A stretch of DNA of 64,000 nt, taken from positions 1-64,000 of the IMG/VR virus record IMGVR_UViG_3300031994_000061, one strand, 5' to 3'. This DNA is from a virus (Duplodnaviria > Caudoviricetes). Below are positions 45,759 through 54,651 of the stretch, one piece after another. Both the position numbers and the translations under genes were made by a program. Position 1 is the stretch's first letter. Each line of letters begins with the position of its first letter. The notes beneath the pieces were generated by a model. It searched no databases and was not told the origin of the DNA. It was given only the letters and a program-made list of their open reading frames with translations.

Positions 45759-45884
45759 ACGTGTTTTACAATAACTAGTGCAAAGATATGGAGTTTTTTT
45801 TAAAAATACAAGTATTTATAGTATAATTAGGGATTTCCAGATACATTTTAGGGAAAACCATATTTATAATAGGGATTTTACAAT

Positions 45885-46166
45885 ATGAAACAGATAATCA
45901 GATTAACAGAAAGTGACCTTCACAAGATTGTGAAAGAGGCAGTGAATAAGATACTTAAGGAAGGTGCTTTTGACAAGTATCCTGGCGAAGACCAGATGAA
46001 TATAGCACTTGATAGTAATATGAACACCCAGGACGATACTGGGTTTGCGCACGCATATGTCATGGGAGACCCTATGGCTGAGAAGATGAAGGGTTCTACT
46101 ATGCGCCACATGCTACATAACCAAATGGGAAACAGAATAGATAGTCCAGATTTTGATATAAAATAA
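45885..46166 (+). CDS. putative internal head protein (MKQIIRLTESDLH leader)
   Basis: leader shared with 34342; two TATTTATA motifs upstream. Confidence 0.7.
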   Translation: MKQIIRLTESDLHKIVKEAVNKILKEGAFDKYPGEDQMNIALDSNMNTQDDTGFAHAYVMGDPMAEKMKGSTMRHMLHNQMGNRIDSPDFDIK

Positions 46167-46197
46167 AAAGGGAGCTTAACTAGCCCCCTTTTTTTTA
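46166..46197. terminator. bidirectional terminator
   Basis: AAAAGGGAGC-TTAACTA-GCCCCCTTTTTTTT between convergent genes. Confidence 0.7.
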
Positions 46198-46613
46198 TAG
46201 TGTGTCATAACTTTCTTGTAATAATTTCCACTCCTGTTTTTCCAAGCTCCGTAGAAGCCACTGTTCCAGCACTTTATGGCTTTCTCAACATTGTGTTCTG
46301 GGTTGAAATGTTCCTGTAGCAGGATAAACATTTCCTTGGATTTCTTAGCATTATATCTATCTCCCTTGGTATAACGCCTGTTAGAATTCCTCTTTTCGAG
46401 GATTTGATTGCACTCCTTCACCAAAATTGGTGTAATTTGTAGGATTCCAGCACAGTCTCCGTTAGGATTATGCGCCTTTTGGTTTCCTTCACTTTCTACT
46501 GCTATGATGGCATCCATAACAGGATTCCAATCATACGTTGTCTTTTCTTGTGCCATGACACTAATAGGAAGTGCCAACATGCACGATAAAATAATTTTTT
46601 TTAGTCTCATCAT
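46176..46613 (-). CDS. lytic transglycosylase / lysozyme-fold protein with signal peptide
   Basis: AIIAVESEG catalytic Glu; AGILQIT; WNSG; N-terminal signal sequence. Confidence 0.8.
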   Translation of the reverse strand: MMRLKKIILSCMLALPISVMAQEKTTYDWNPVMDAIIAVESEGNQKAHNPNGDCAGILQITPILVKECNQILEKRNSNRRYTKGDRYNAKKSKEMFILLQEHFNPEHNVEKAIKCWNSGFYGAWKNRSGNYYKKVMTHYKKKGAS

Positions 46614-46710
46614 TTATAAATTTATGTGAGGCTCGTATGCAGTATGCTGCACCGATATGGTGACGATATGTGAGAGCGAGTTACGTCACCGTCTCCTCTT
46701 ATTAATATTC

Positions 46711-47085
46711 CTAGAAATCATACTTTGACAGAGTTCCATACTTACTGATTTTGTTATCATACCAGTCTCTTGTAACCTGGCGAAGGAATCCGTCTCTTTC
46801 TTTTTCGTTACTTATTATGTTCATAAAATTATTCTCAGAGTTGAGCATGTCTATTACATCGTCGAACCACATGGATGATTCAGTAGGGAGGTGTTTATCG
46901 TTCAGTTGAACAAATATACCAACACTCTTCCTAGTACCGTCTGGTGCGGCTTTCTCGATGGATGCTCTCATGAAGTTATCATCCAGAAACTTTTTAACCA
47001 ATGTTATCTTGTCCCCGTATGACTCATTCACAATTCTTTTCTTTATGCCGTTGAAGGCTTTCTCTGATAGTATAAACGTTTTCAT
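46711..47085 (-). CDS. putative late/virion protein (ILSE, IVNE leader)
   Basis: TATTTATA upstream on the - strand. Confidence 0.65.
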   Translation of the reverse strand: MKTFILSEKAFNGIKKRIVNESYGDKITLVKKFLDDNFMRASIEKAAPDGTRKSVGIFVQLNDKHLPTESSMWFDDVIDMLNSENNFMNIISNEKERDGFLRQVTRDWYDNKISKYGTLSKYDF

Positions 47086-47112
47086 ATCAATTCTAACATT
47101 ATACTATAAATA

Positions 47113-47676
47113 TCAGCTCACTAGCTTTTTATTCAACGGCATCATGTAGAATACAGCTTCTGGTATCCTAAATACCTCAATGAACCCAAGTCTTTCCCAA
47201 TACCTGTGGCTCTTTAAGTCTATCTCAACACCAGCCCATATGAAGTCGTAGTTCTTGATGAGGAAGTTGATATTGTGAAACAACATCTTCCTATCTAAAC
47301 CCGTACCTCTAAGTCTCTCATCAATGATGAATGAGTGACCGTTTACTTGTACGAACTGACTGAGATATTCAGCCATATCCTGGTTCAGCAGTCTTATAGG
47401 GCTTCCGATTGTTATCGGATATTCACAGAACATCAACAGTCCATATATCTCTCCTGTTTCCTTATCAACCAGCTTTATTGATTCATCCAGTCTAGCTCTT
47501 GACTGTAGCAATTGCTGGTAAGCTTCCTCTGCTGAATACATATCGAATGCCTTGGACAATGTATTGCATATTGCCTCTATGTCCTCTGGGCAAGTCTTCC
47601 TAATTTCAATTCTTTCTAACAAGTCGTTTTTAGTTAAGTTGTTGTCAACGAGCTTGTTACATAAATCTATCATCAT
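47113..47676 (-). CDS. GNAT family acetyltransferase
   Basis: ERLRGTGLDRKML; YWERLGF. Confidence 0.75.
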   Translation of the reverse strand: MMIDLCNKLVDNNLTKNDLLERIEIRKTCPEDIEAICNTLSKAFDMYSAEEAYQQLLQSRARLDESIKLVDKETGEIYGLLMFCEYPITIGSPIRLLNQDMAEYLSQFVQVNGHSFIIDERLRGTGLDRKMLFHNINFLIKNYDFIWAGVEIDLKSHRYWERLGFIEVFRIPEAVFYMMPLNKKLVS

Positions 47677-47761
47677 GGCTTGATAAAGATTTACAAGTGC
47701 AAAGATACAGAAAAAAAATTAAATAACCAAATTTTTCTGTATAAAAATGCTTATTTTTAAC

Positions 47762-47798
47762 AAAAAGGAGGAGAAAAGCGAATAATCTCCTCCTTAAA
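47762..47798 (-). terminator. intrinsic terminator
   Basis: AAGGAGGAGA...TCTCCTCCTT stem. Confidence 0.7.
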
Positions 47799-47839
47799 AA
47801 GTAATAGTACGATAAACAAAATATTTAAAAATTATGAGA

Positions 47840-50326
47840 TTACTTGATTTCAATCTGGTCGTTTAAGCATGACGCACTGAATACGTAGTTTATTGGATAT
47901 TCATTTGTCAACATGAGGTCTGTAATCTTATCCTCAAGGCTCGTCTGGATAAGTCTGATGATTGGTCTAGCACCGAATTCCTTAGACTTAAGAGCTTCAG
48001 CATGAATGCATGTAACTACATCATCAGTATAAGTTATACTATATTCTAAGCTATTTAATCTCTTATTAAACTTATTAATTTCCAATTTAACTATATCCTT
48101 AAGATTATCATCTGATAAACTATTGAAGTATACTATTTGGTCCAATCTATTTATAAATTCTGGTGTAAATTTCTTCTTGAGTTCCTTATCAATAATAGAC
48201 TTCTTATTAGCTTCTTCACTGTTTACAAATCCTACTCCATTTCCAAGCTCTGCTGCCTTTCTAGCACCAATGTTGGATGTCATGAGTACGATGACGTTCT
48301 TGAAGTTTACAATCTGTCCAGAGCTGTCTGTAAGTCTACCTTCATCGAACAACTGGAGGAATATGTTATATACTTCCTGGTCAGCCTTCTCAATCTCATC
48401 AAGTAGCAATACACAGTGTTGTTTGTGCTTAACCTGTTCTGTCAGTTGTCCACCATTCTCATATCCCACATATCCAGGAGCAGCACCAGTTAGTTTCGCT
48501 ACTGAGTTTTTCTCTGAATACTCAGACATATCGATTCTGATAAGTGCTTTTTCATCACCGAATATCTCTTCAGCAAGTTTCTTTGCAATGAGTGTTTTAC
48601 CAGAACCAGTAGGTCCTACCATCAAAATATTGGCAAGTGTCTTGGACTTATCACCAAGTCCTACCTTATTTCTCTTGATAACCCTACAAACACTATCAAC
48701 AGCCTCATCCTGTCCAATAACGCTCTCCTTAAGAATCTTGTCGATGTTGGCTATCTTGGCTTTCTCACTCACTGACAGTTTGCTTACAGGTATCTTAGTC
48801 ATTTCAGAAACCACATCAGCAATATTGTCTTCAGTGATTTCTATTGTATCTATCTTTAGTTTCTTAATATCCCTCTTGTAGTCTGCCATATCAGATGCTA
48901 GGACGTTTTCCTCGATTGTAAGGGAGTCTATGAGTTCAAAGTCACCGTTGTTAAGAGCATTGTACTTTTCTGCCTCTATTTCCCTCATTCTCTTTTTCGT
49001 GTTCTGTATCTCTACTGGTTCTCTCTCCAGAAGTGATGTGCTAGCACCAGCGAGGTCGATAATATCAAACGCTGAGTCTGGAAGGCATCTATCTGTAACG
49101 TACCTATCAGCAAGTTCTACAGCTTTCTTAATAGTTTTCTCATCGTATGAAACCCTGTGGAACTGCTCGTAATATCTTTTATTATTCTCAAGTATTTCTA
49201 TTGATTCTTCAACAGTATTAGGCTCAATAATAATCTTCTGTAATTTTCTTGATATTGATGTATTATTCTCGATAGAGTTCCTGTAGTCCTTGAATGTTGT
49301 TGTACCTATAATCTTAAGTTTACCCTCTGACAATGCATTACTAATCATTCCAGAAATATCAGTGTCTTTATCCTTACTTCCATTTTTGAGTACATTGTGC
49401 ATGTCATCAATGAAAAGGATATATTTATCAGAAGCTTGCAATTCAGTGAATAAACCATTTATTCTCTCTTCAAACATACCTCTGAAGTGTGTTCCACTTA
49501 CCAATGCCATTATGTTGAGGAGTACGATTTCCTTACCTTCGAGTATGGATGGTACTTTTCCAGCTTCTATGAGACTTGCAAGTCCATATACGATTGCTGT
49601 CTTACCACAACCTCCACGACCAACCAATACGGCATTATTTTTCTTTCTCCTAGATAATGTTTTTATGATTTCCTTGATTTCACTCTCTCTTCCAACAATA
49701 TCATCAATTTCACCGTTTCTAGCCATCTTGTTGATACTGATGGTGTACTTGGATATGAAATCATCTGTTAGACTTGAAACAGGCTTTGCATTAACCTGGC
49801 TCTTGAGAGGTATTGCAGCCGATTTTGTTTTCAGACTCTTAGGAGATTTACTTTCTGTTTTATCTTTCTTCGGTACATCACACTTATTCTGTATGAACTC
49901 ATACTCAAGTCTGAACTTTTCAAACACTTCTGAGTTCTTGAAACCATATTCCTTATTTAATACAGCTAACAGGACATGTTCTGTACCTATTTCTACATTC
50001 TTCAACTTATCTCTTTCTTTCTTGGCACATTCAAGAAGCCTAACAAGCTCATCACTGAATTTTATCTCTCCAACCAAACTTACTTGAGGGTTAACATGAG
50101 TTTCAATTGCAGACTCATATACTTTCTTAAGTTCCTCAAGATTGTTTGACATGAGACAATTGTCAAGAATAAGATTTGCATGACAGTTCCTTATGTCCAG
50201 TATTGACAGAATAAGATACTCTGGAGTCAGTATGTCCGTAGGGAACATGCCAGGAAGTGTGTTAGACATATACTCCAACACATCATTCAATTCTAAAGTG
50301 TAAGTGTTATCTTTCTTTCTACTCAT
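47840..50326 (-). CDS. clpC: ClpC-like Hsp100 ATP-dependent chaperone
   Basis: N-domain repeats; NBD1 GRGGCGKT; UVR-like coil; NBD2 GPTGSGKT, DMSEYSEK, LLDEIEKA; VGF loop. Confidence 0.9.
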   Translation of the reverse strand: MSRKKDNTYTLELNDVLEYMSNTLPGMFPTDILTPEYLILSILDIRNCHANLILDNCLMSNNLEELKKVYESAIETHVNPQVSLVGEIKFSDELVRLLECAKKERDKLKNVEIGTEHVLLAVLNKEYGFKNSEVFEKFRLEYEFIQNKCDVPKKDKTESKSPKSLKTKSAAIPLKSQVNAKPVSSLTDDFISKYTISINKMARNGEIDDIVGRESEIKEIIKTLSRRKKNNAVLVGRGGCGKTAIVYGLASLIEAGKVPSILEGKEIVLLNIMALVSGTHFRGMFEERINGLFTELQASDKYILFIDDMHNVLKNGSKDKDTDISGMISNALSEGKLKIIGTTTFKDYRNSIENNTSISRKLQKIIIEPNTVEESIEILENNKRYYEQFHRVSYDEKTIKKAVELADRYVTDRCLPDSAFDIIDLAGASTSLLEREPVEIQNTKKRMREIEAEKYNALNNGDFELIDSLTIEENVLASDMADYKRDIKKLKIDTIEITEDNIADVVSEMTKIPVSKLSVSEKAKIANIDKILKESVIGQDEAVDSVCRVIKRNKVGLGDKSKTLANILMVGPTGSGKTLIAKKLAEEIFGDEKALIRIDMSEYSEKNSVAKLTGAAPGYVGYENGGQLTEQVKHKQHCVLLLDEIEKADQEVYNIFLQLFDEGRLTDSSGQIVNFKNVIVLMTSNIGARKAAELGNGVGFVNSEEANKKSIIDKELKKKFTPEFINRLDQIVYFNSLSDDNLKDIVKLEINKFNKRLNSLEYSITYTDDVVTCIHAEALKSKEFGARPIIRLIQTSLEDKITDLMLTNEYPINYVFSASCLNDQIEIK

Positions 50327-50478
50327 AATTTTTCGTATTACATTTAAAATATAATCAACACAGTCTCCAAGACAAGAGATTTTTAATTTTTTTTATCTAA
50401 ATGCTTGTTTTTTTAAAACTTTTTTTATATCTTTGCATCACCAAAGAATTTTTTATTAACTTAAAATAACACTTTAGT

Positions 50479-51204
50479 ATGAATAATAAGAGAGAATACA
50501 ATTTCTTCAGAACTGAAGATGGTAAGAAACTAATTGGTTTCGTACCAGAAGGAATTAGGGAACAGTTCAACACTGAGAGCAAGGAGGCACTAAGGATGCT
50601 TCTTGTTTTGGGGCATTTAATTGTACTAGACAGTTTGGGTCGTTTGAAAGAACCTATTACAATTAATGGTAATGGTGATAACAGTATCAAAGGTAATATG
50701 ACTTTTGGTGCTGCTCCAATGAGGAGAGCATTAAACAACCTTATCAAATATGGTCTGGTAGAAATTCTTAGGAGAACTAACAGTGGTAAAGTTTATAGAT
50801 TGAATCTCAATCCAGAAGATTTAAGGAAGAAACTTGAAGTTGAAATTGGTATACAAGGTAATGAGAGTAAGGAGCAGGAGCTTGATTTCCACGAGTTCGA
50901 AACTCCAGTTACTGATACTGAAGAAATTTCAACAATCTCTGATGATGAACCTATAAACAGTGAGGAAATAAACGATTTCCTAGATATGTTTGAAAAGGAA
51001 AATGAATCCCTAAAAGAACAACTAGAGGTTGCAAGAAACACTAATGCTAGATTACTCAGTACAATTGAGGAGGAAAGGAAGAAGCTGCATGATTTGGAGA
51101 CTAGATACGAATCTGTAATTAGCGAGAATAAAGACCTCAAAAATACACTCAGTTCTATAAAGAAGAGAAAGAAATCTTGGGCTGAAAGATTTGGTTTGAG
51201 ATAA
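50479..51204 (+). CDS. hypothetical protein, possible winged helix plus coiled coil
   Basis: RRALNNLIKYGLVEI...YRLN; C-terminal coiled coil; promoter at 50428. Confidence 0.7.
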   Translation: MNNKREYNFFRTEDGKKLIGFVPEGIREQFNTESKEALRMLLVLGHLIVLDSLGRLKEPITINGNGDNSIKGNMTFGAAPMRRALNNLIKYGLVEILRRTNSGKVYRLNLNPEDLRKKLEVEIGIQGNESKEQELDFHEFETPVTDTEEISTISDDEPINSEEINDFLDMFEKENESLKEQLEVARNTNARLLSTIEEERKKLHDLETRYESVISENKDLKNTLSSIKKRKKSWAERFGLR

Positions 51205-51213
51205 TGTATTGGT

Positions 51214-51250
51214 AATATCTCACTCTAACGCTAGAGTGAGATATTTTTTT
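51214..51250 (+). terminator. intrinsic terminator
   Basis: AATATCTCACTCTA-ACGC-TAGAGTGAGATATT plus T tract. Confidence 0.88.
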
Positions 51251-51309
51251 GTCAAAAAACTTGTTTTTTTAACATTTTTTTTATATCTTTGCAAAAAATC
51301 GTTAACAAT

Positions 51310-51804
51310 ATGAAGATTTTTAGTTTTTATTCAAATGATGTTGACAGGGTGTGGTATCAATCTAGCAACATCAAGTACAGTGAATGTATTGACCATGATA
51401 ATGAGTTGAAAACCCTTACTGTGGTATTCAATAATGGAACTCAATACAGGTATGACAAAGTCGATGTGAGAGATTATCTTCTCTTCAAGAACGACGAATC
51501 TCAAGGAAAAGCACTTAACCAGTTTATTAAGACGAAGGGTTATTCTTACGAGAAACTGGATAATGCTGACCTTGCTACTCTGGACGGTGAACTCAGCTTC
51601 AGAATGGAAGGTGGGATATTCATTGACTACGATGGGGAAACCCTAAAGATGAGAGATAACATGGATAAAGTTATCTTCGAGAAAAAGACAAAGGTTAACA
51701 AGGAGGTATTAAACGATATGTGTGGCTTGCTTGTTGCTGTTGGAAAGGACATTAAACTAACAACTACTAAGGAATTTGACAATGGAGAAACAGGAGATGA
51801 TTAG
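51310..51804 (+). CDS. KTSC-domain protein
   Basis: SSNIKY...LTVVFNNGTQYRY..V...SQGKALN; start moved to MKIFS. Confidence 0.8.
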   Translation: MKIFSFYSNDVDRVWYQSSNIKYSECIDHDNELKTLTVVFNNGTQYRYDKVDVRDYLLFKNDESQGKALNQFIKTKGYSYEKLDNADLATLDGELSFRMEGGIFIDYDGETLKMRDNMDKVIFEKKTKVNKEVLNDMCGLLVAVGKDIKLTTTKEFDNGETGDD

Positions 51805-52093
51805 ACAGTATGAGAGAGCACTTGAAATGTATGGTGTAACAGCTCAGTTTAAGATGCTTGTTGAAGAGATTGGTGAACTCTTCGCTGCACTTGGAAAATT
51901 TGACAGAAGACGTGTTGGAGAAAAAGATGTCATAACTGAAATCGCTGATGCCTCCATAATGGTTGAGCAGATGGCTACACTCTTCGGGTATGAAGAGTTC
52001 GAAGCAGAAAAGGAATATAAATTACAAAGGTTAAAAGAAAGATTGGATAAGCATGAAAGAGAACAGCATATCTCAGAGACTCAAGGAGATTAA
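51782..52093 (+). CDS. MazG-like nucleotide pyrophosphohydrolase
   Basis: LVEEIGEL...EIADA acidic motif. Confidence 0.82.
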   Translation: MEKQEMIRQYERALEMYGVTAQFKMLVEEIGELFAALGKFDRRRVGEKDVITEIADASIMVEQMATLFGYEEFEAEKEYKLQRLKERLDKHEREQHISETQGD

Positions 52094-52277
52094 TGAGGAA
52101 ATAAATGCTCTCTACCAGGAGAAGAGAGCACTGGAAATGGAACAGCAAAGATACTGGGAAGAAATGGGTTGGATAGGACCGATAATTGCTAGAGCTGAAG
52201 ATGTACCTATAGCGTGGATGGCTGACTCGGAAGATAATTTGGATAATAGATTTGGTGCTTATGGGAATATTGATTAG
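52053..52277 (+). CDS. small coiled-coil hypothetical protein
   Basis: ORF track, 74 aa. Confidence 0.6.
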   Translation: MKENSISQRLKEINEEINALYQEKRALEMEQQRYWEEMGWIGPIIARAEDVPIAWMADSEDNLDNRFGAYGNID

Positions 52278-52752
52278 TTCGTTTCCTGGGTGTGGTAAAA
52301 GTTACCTAATGAACACTCATGGAAAAAAGGCAAAGATGCTTGACGCATTTACTCCAGAATTGGTTGGCAACAGAGGAGAAGGTGAATACGACTATAATAT
52401 ATGGGTTGATAATATAATGGGTATTGTTGATGACTATGATATAGTGTTTATACCAGTTGCGGAGAGGCTGCTTGAGGTATTAAACAACAGGAAGATTGAT
52501 TATGATATTTTCTATCCATCCAAAGATAGAAGAAAAGAGTTCCTGGAGAATATGGTTAGGAAGAGAGCCTTAAGAAATGATATTATGATGCTTGACAGAG
52601 ATTTTGATAAAATTGTTGATAGAATCGATGAGATAGAGGCAGAGAACTGTTACAAGCATAAGATGGAGGAACAGGGTCATTTTATAGGCAATGATGCTGC
52701 AATTATGCAGTATATAAATAACATAGACCAAACACAAGGTAACAATGAGTAG
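52261..52752 (+). CDS. P-loop kinase-like protein
   Basis: SSFPGCGKS P-loop near the N-terminus. Confidence 0.7.
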   Translation: MGILISSFPGCGKSYLMNTHGKKAKMLDAFTPELVGNRGEGEYDYNIWVDNIMGIVDDYDIVFIPVAERLLEVLNNRKIDYDIFYPSKDRRKEFLENMVRKRALRNDIMMLDRDFDKIVDRIDEIEAENCYKHKMEEQGHFIGNDAAIMQYINNIDQTQGNNE

Positions 52753-52904
52753 AAACCTATCACTGGAGTGGAAGAATCTACACGAAGCGAGGAAAATAAT
52801 GAAGCAAATGAAGCGTGAAATGCGTGAGTTAGATTCAATGATGGCTATAGCATGGAAAGAAGTGTGTCAGCCAGCAAATAATTAAGTAAAAAAAGTTAAT
52901 ATAC

Positions 52905-54041
52905 ATGAATGATGTAGATAAACAGTACCTCCATTTATTGGAAGAAATAATAAGGTTTGGTGACGAGAGGAATACTAGAGCTGGAGAAGTATTATCATTA
53001 TTCGGTAAGCAACTTAGATTTGACCTACAAGAAGGATTTCCACTTCTTACCACCAAAAAGGTGTTTACAAAAGGTATTATACATGAGTTGTTATGGTTTT
53101 TGCAGAGACCATATAATTCTCACGGAAGTATGAATATCGAATATCTTGTTAGAAACGGAGTTCACATCTGGGATGATGATGCCTATAGATGGTTTAAGAG
53201 CGAAATTTCGAATAAGCAAGAAGACATAAGGGATATTGTTGTATGTGTTTCGGATGATGAAAAATTCCCATATAAGAAGCCAAGTTATGAATATTGGATT
53301 GAAAGGGATTCAAAGATAAAAGACCAAGATTGGCTTAAGAACATAACAAAAGAGGAATTTTTGGAATTGACACTCCAAAAAGTTGAAATAAAATTTGGTT
53401 GGGCTTACTCATACAGATTTGGTGATTTAGGACCAGTTTATGGAAAACAATGGAGGTCATTTGGAAATCTAGAAATTGACCAGATACAGAATATAATAGA
53501 AACTCTTAAGACCAATCCTTTTGATAGAAGAATATTATGTATAGCTTTTAATCCAGAACAATTGGATGAAATGGCATTACCACCTTGTCACGTAATGTTC
53601 CAGTTTTACGCAAGAAAACTGGATATACACGAGAGACTTAAATTGCTTACAGAAATTAATCCAGGGCATACACTTACTCATGATGAACTTGATGAACTTG
53701 GTATACCAAAATATGGTTTGAGTTGTATGTGGACCCAGCGTTCGGTGGATTGTTGTGCAGGACTGCCATTTAATATTGCATCTTATGCACTTTTGACTCA
53801 TATTATTGCCAAACAGGTAAATATGATTCCAGATGAACTTATTGGAAGTCTTGGAGATTGTCATATTTACAAGAACCATATTGATGGGGCTAAAGAACAA
53901 CTTAGTAGGGTTGGGTATAACAACCTTCCAACGTTGAAAATAAGAGAGGTTGGGTCTTTAGAGGACTTGACAATTGATGATATACAGATATTGAACTACG
54001 AGTGTGACCCGCCAATCAAATTCCAATTGAATGTGGGCTAG
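52905..54041 (+). CDS. thyA: thymidylate synthase (with insertions)
   Basis: FPLLTTKK, GDLGPVYGKQWR, ALPPCH, QRSVD...GLPFNIASY, GDCHIY. Confidence 0.96.
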   Translation: MNDVDKQYLHLLEEIIRFGDERNTRAGEVLSLFGKQLRFDLQEGFPLLTTKKVFTKGIIHELLWFLQRPYNSHGSMNIEYLVRNGVHIWDDDAYRWFKSEISNKQEDIRDIVVCVSDDEKFPYKKPSYEYWIERDSKIKDQDWLKNITKEEFLELTLQKVEIKFGWAYSYRFGDLGPVYGKQWRSFGNLEIDQIQNIIETLKTNPFDRRILCIAFNPEQLDEMALPPCHVMFQFYARKLDIHERLKLLTEINPGHTLTHDELDELGIPKYGLSCMWTQRSVDCCAGLPFNIASYALLTHIIAKQVNMIPDELIGSLGDCHIYKNHIDGAKEQLSRVGYNNLPTLKIREVGSLEDLTIDDIQILNYECDPPIKFQLNVG

Positions 54042-54568
54042 TGGTTATAAGGAATCTAGGCAATGTTATCAAGGAATCTTACAAGAAGGGACTGGTTGAT
54101 GAGAAATTGGTAATGGAGGCTGTTGAATCAGCATTCGGTGGTTCTTGTGAGAAGGCATCCAGACGTGAGGATATATATGACCATGTAGACTTTTGGTGGG
54201 ACAGCCCACGAAAGGGAAGAATTGGTGTAGATGTCAAGGGTGTCAAGAAGAATAACAGGAGGGATAATAGATATGATGACAAGATTCATTGGTTGGAATT
54301 ACAGAACGTAAACGGTAATCCTGGCTGGTTGTATGGTAAGGCTGAATACATTGCATTCATGACGTTCAGTAAGATACTGTTCGTAAAGCGTCAGAAACTG
54401 CTTTCTTTTGCCCTAGAATGCATTAAAGGGAAGGACGTGGTATACGACACACCAGACAATTGTTACGTCCCCTACAAGCGAAAGAAATGGGGAAGGGATG
54501 ACCTTTCGTTCAAGGTCAATACCAGTGACTTGGAGAATATTGCAGAATTCTGTATTGATTGTGCTTAA
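54041..54568 (+). CDS. PD-(D/E)xK nuclease-like phage protein
   Basis: HVDF...VDVKG...WLELQN..G.PGWLYG pattern. Confidence 0.65.
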   Translation: MVIRNLGNVIKESYKKGLVDEKLVMEAVESAFGGSCEKASRREDIYDHVDFWWDSPRKGRIGVDVKGVKKNNRRDNRYDDKIHWLELQNVNGNPGWLYGKAEYIAFMTFSKILFVKRQKLLSFALECIKGKDVVYDTPDNCYVPYKRKKWGRDDLSFKVNTSDLENIAEFCIDCA

Positions 54569-54597
54569 GATACTTGGACGCAAGTATGACTGTAATT

Positions 54598-54625
54598 AAG
54601 GTGCTGATTTTTTCAGCACCTTTTT
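54598..54625 (+). terminator. intrinsic terminator
   Basis: AAGGTGCTGA-TTTT-TTCAGCACCTT plus T tract. Confidence 0.85.
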
Positions 54626-54651
54626 ATATTTATAGGAAATATTGTTTTATA

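Larger units (their letters stand above)
25159..51291. promoter_or_regulatory. Bacteroidota-type promoters of the middle region
   Basis: - strand TAnnTTTG at 25159, 27388, 32438, 36687, 39719, 40648, 44641, 45257, 45781, 47700; + strand at 50428, 51284; several carry the same stem-loop cassette as the early zone. Confidence 0.85.

Noticed and set aside
46628-46700. HDV-like/theta ribozyme
   Set aside because: A P1-like stem is present, but there is no P3/L3 consensus and no catalytic C-(R)-A in the J4/2 position.
47955-50087. Long antisense ORFs opposite clpC (48123-48881, 49290-50087) and similar shadow ORFs at 7582, 18750, 31299, 61205, 61927
   Set aside because: They mirror real genes on the other strand, have Ser/Leu/Phe-rich composition and lack promoters or leaders.
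53240-53420. Group I intron or intein in thyA
   Set aside because: The insertion is in frame and short, and lacks Cys/Ser...His-Asn intein ends and homing-endonuclease motifs.
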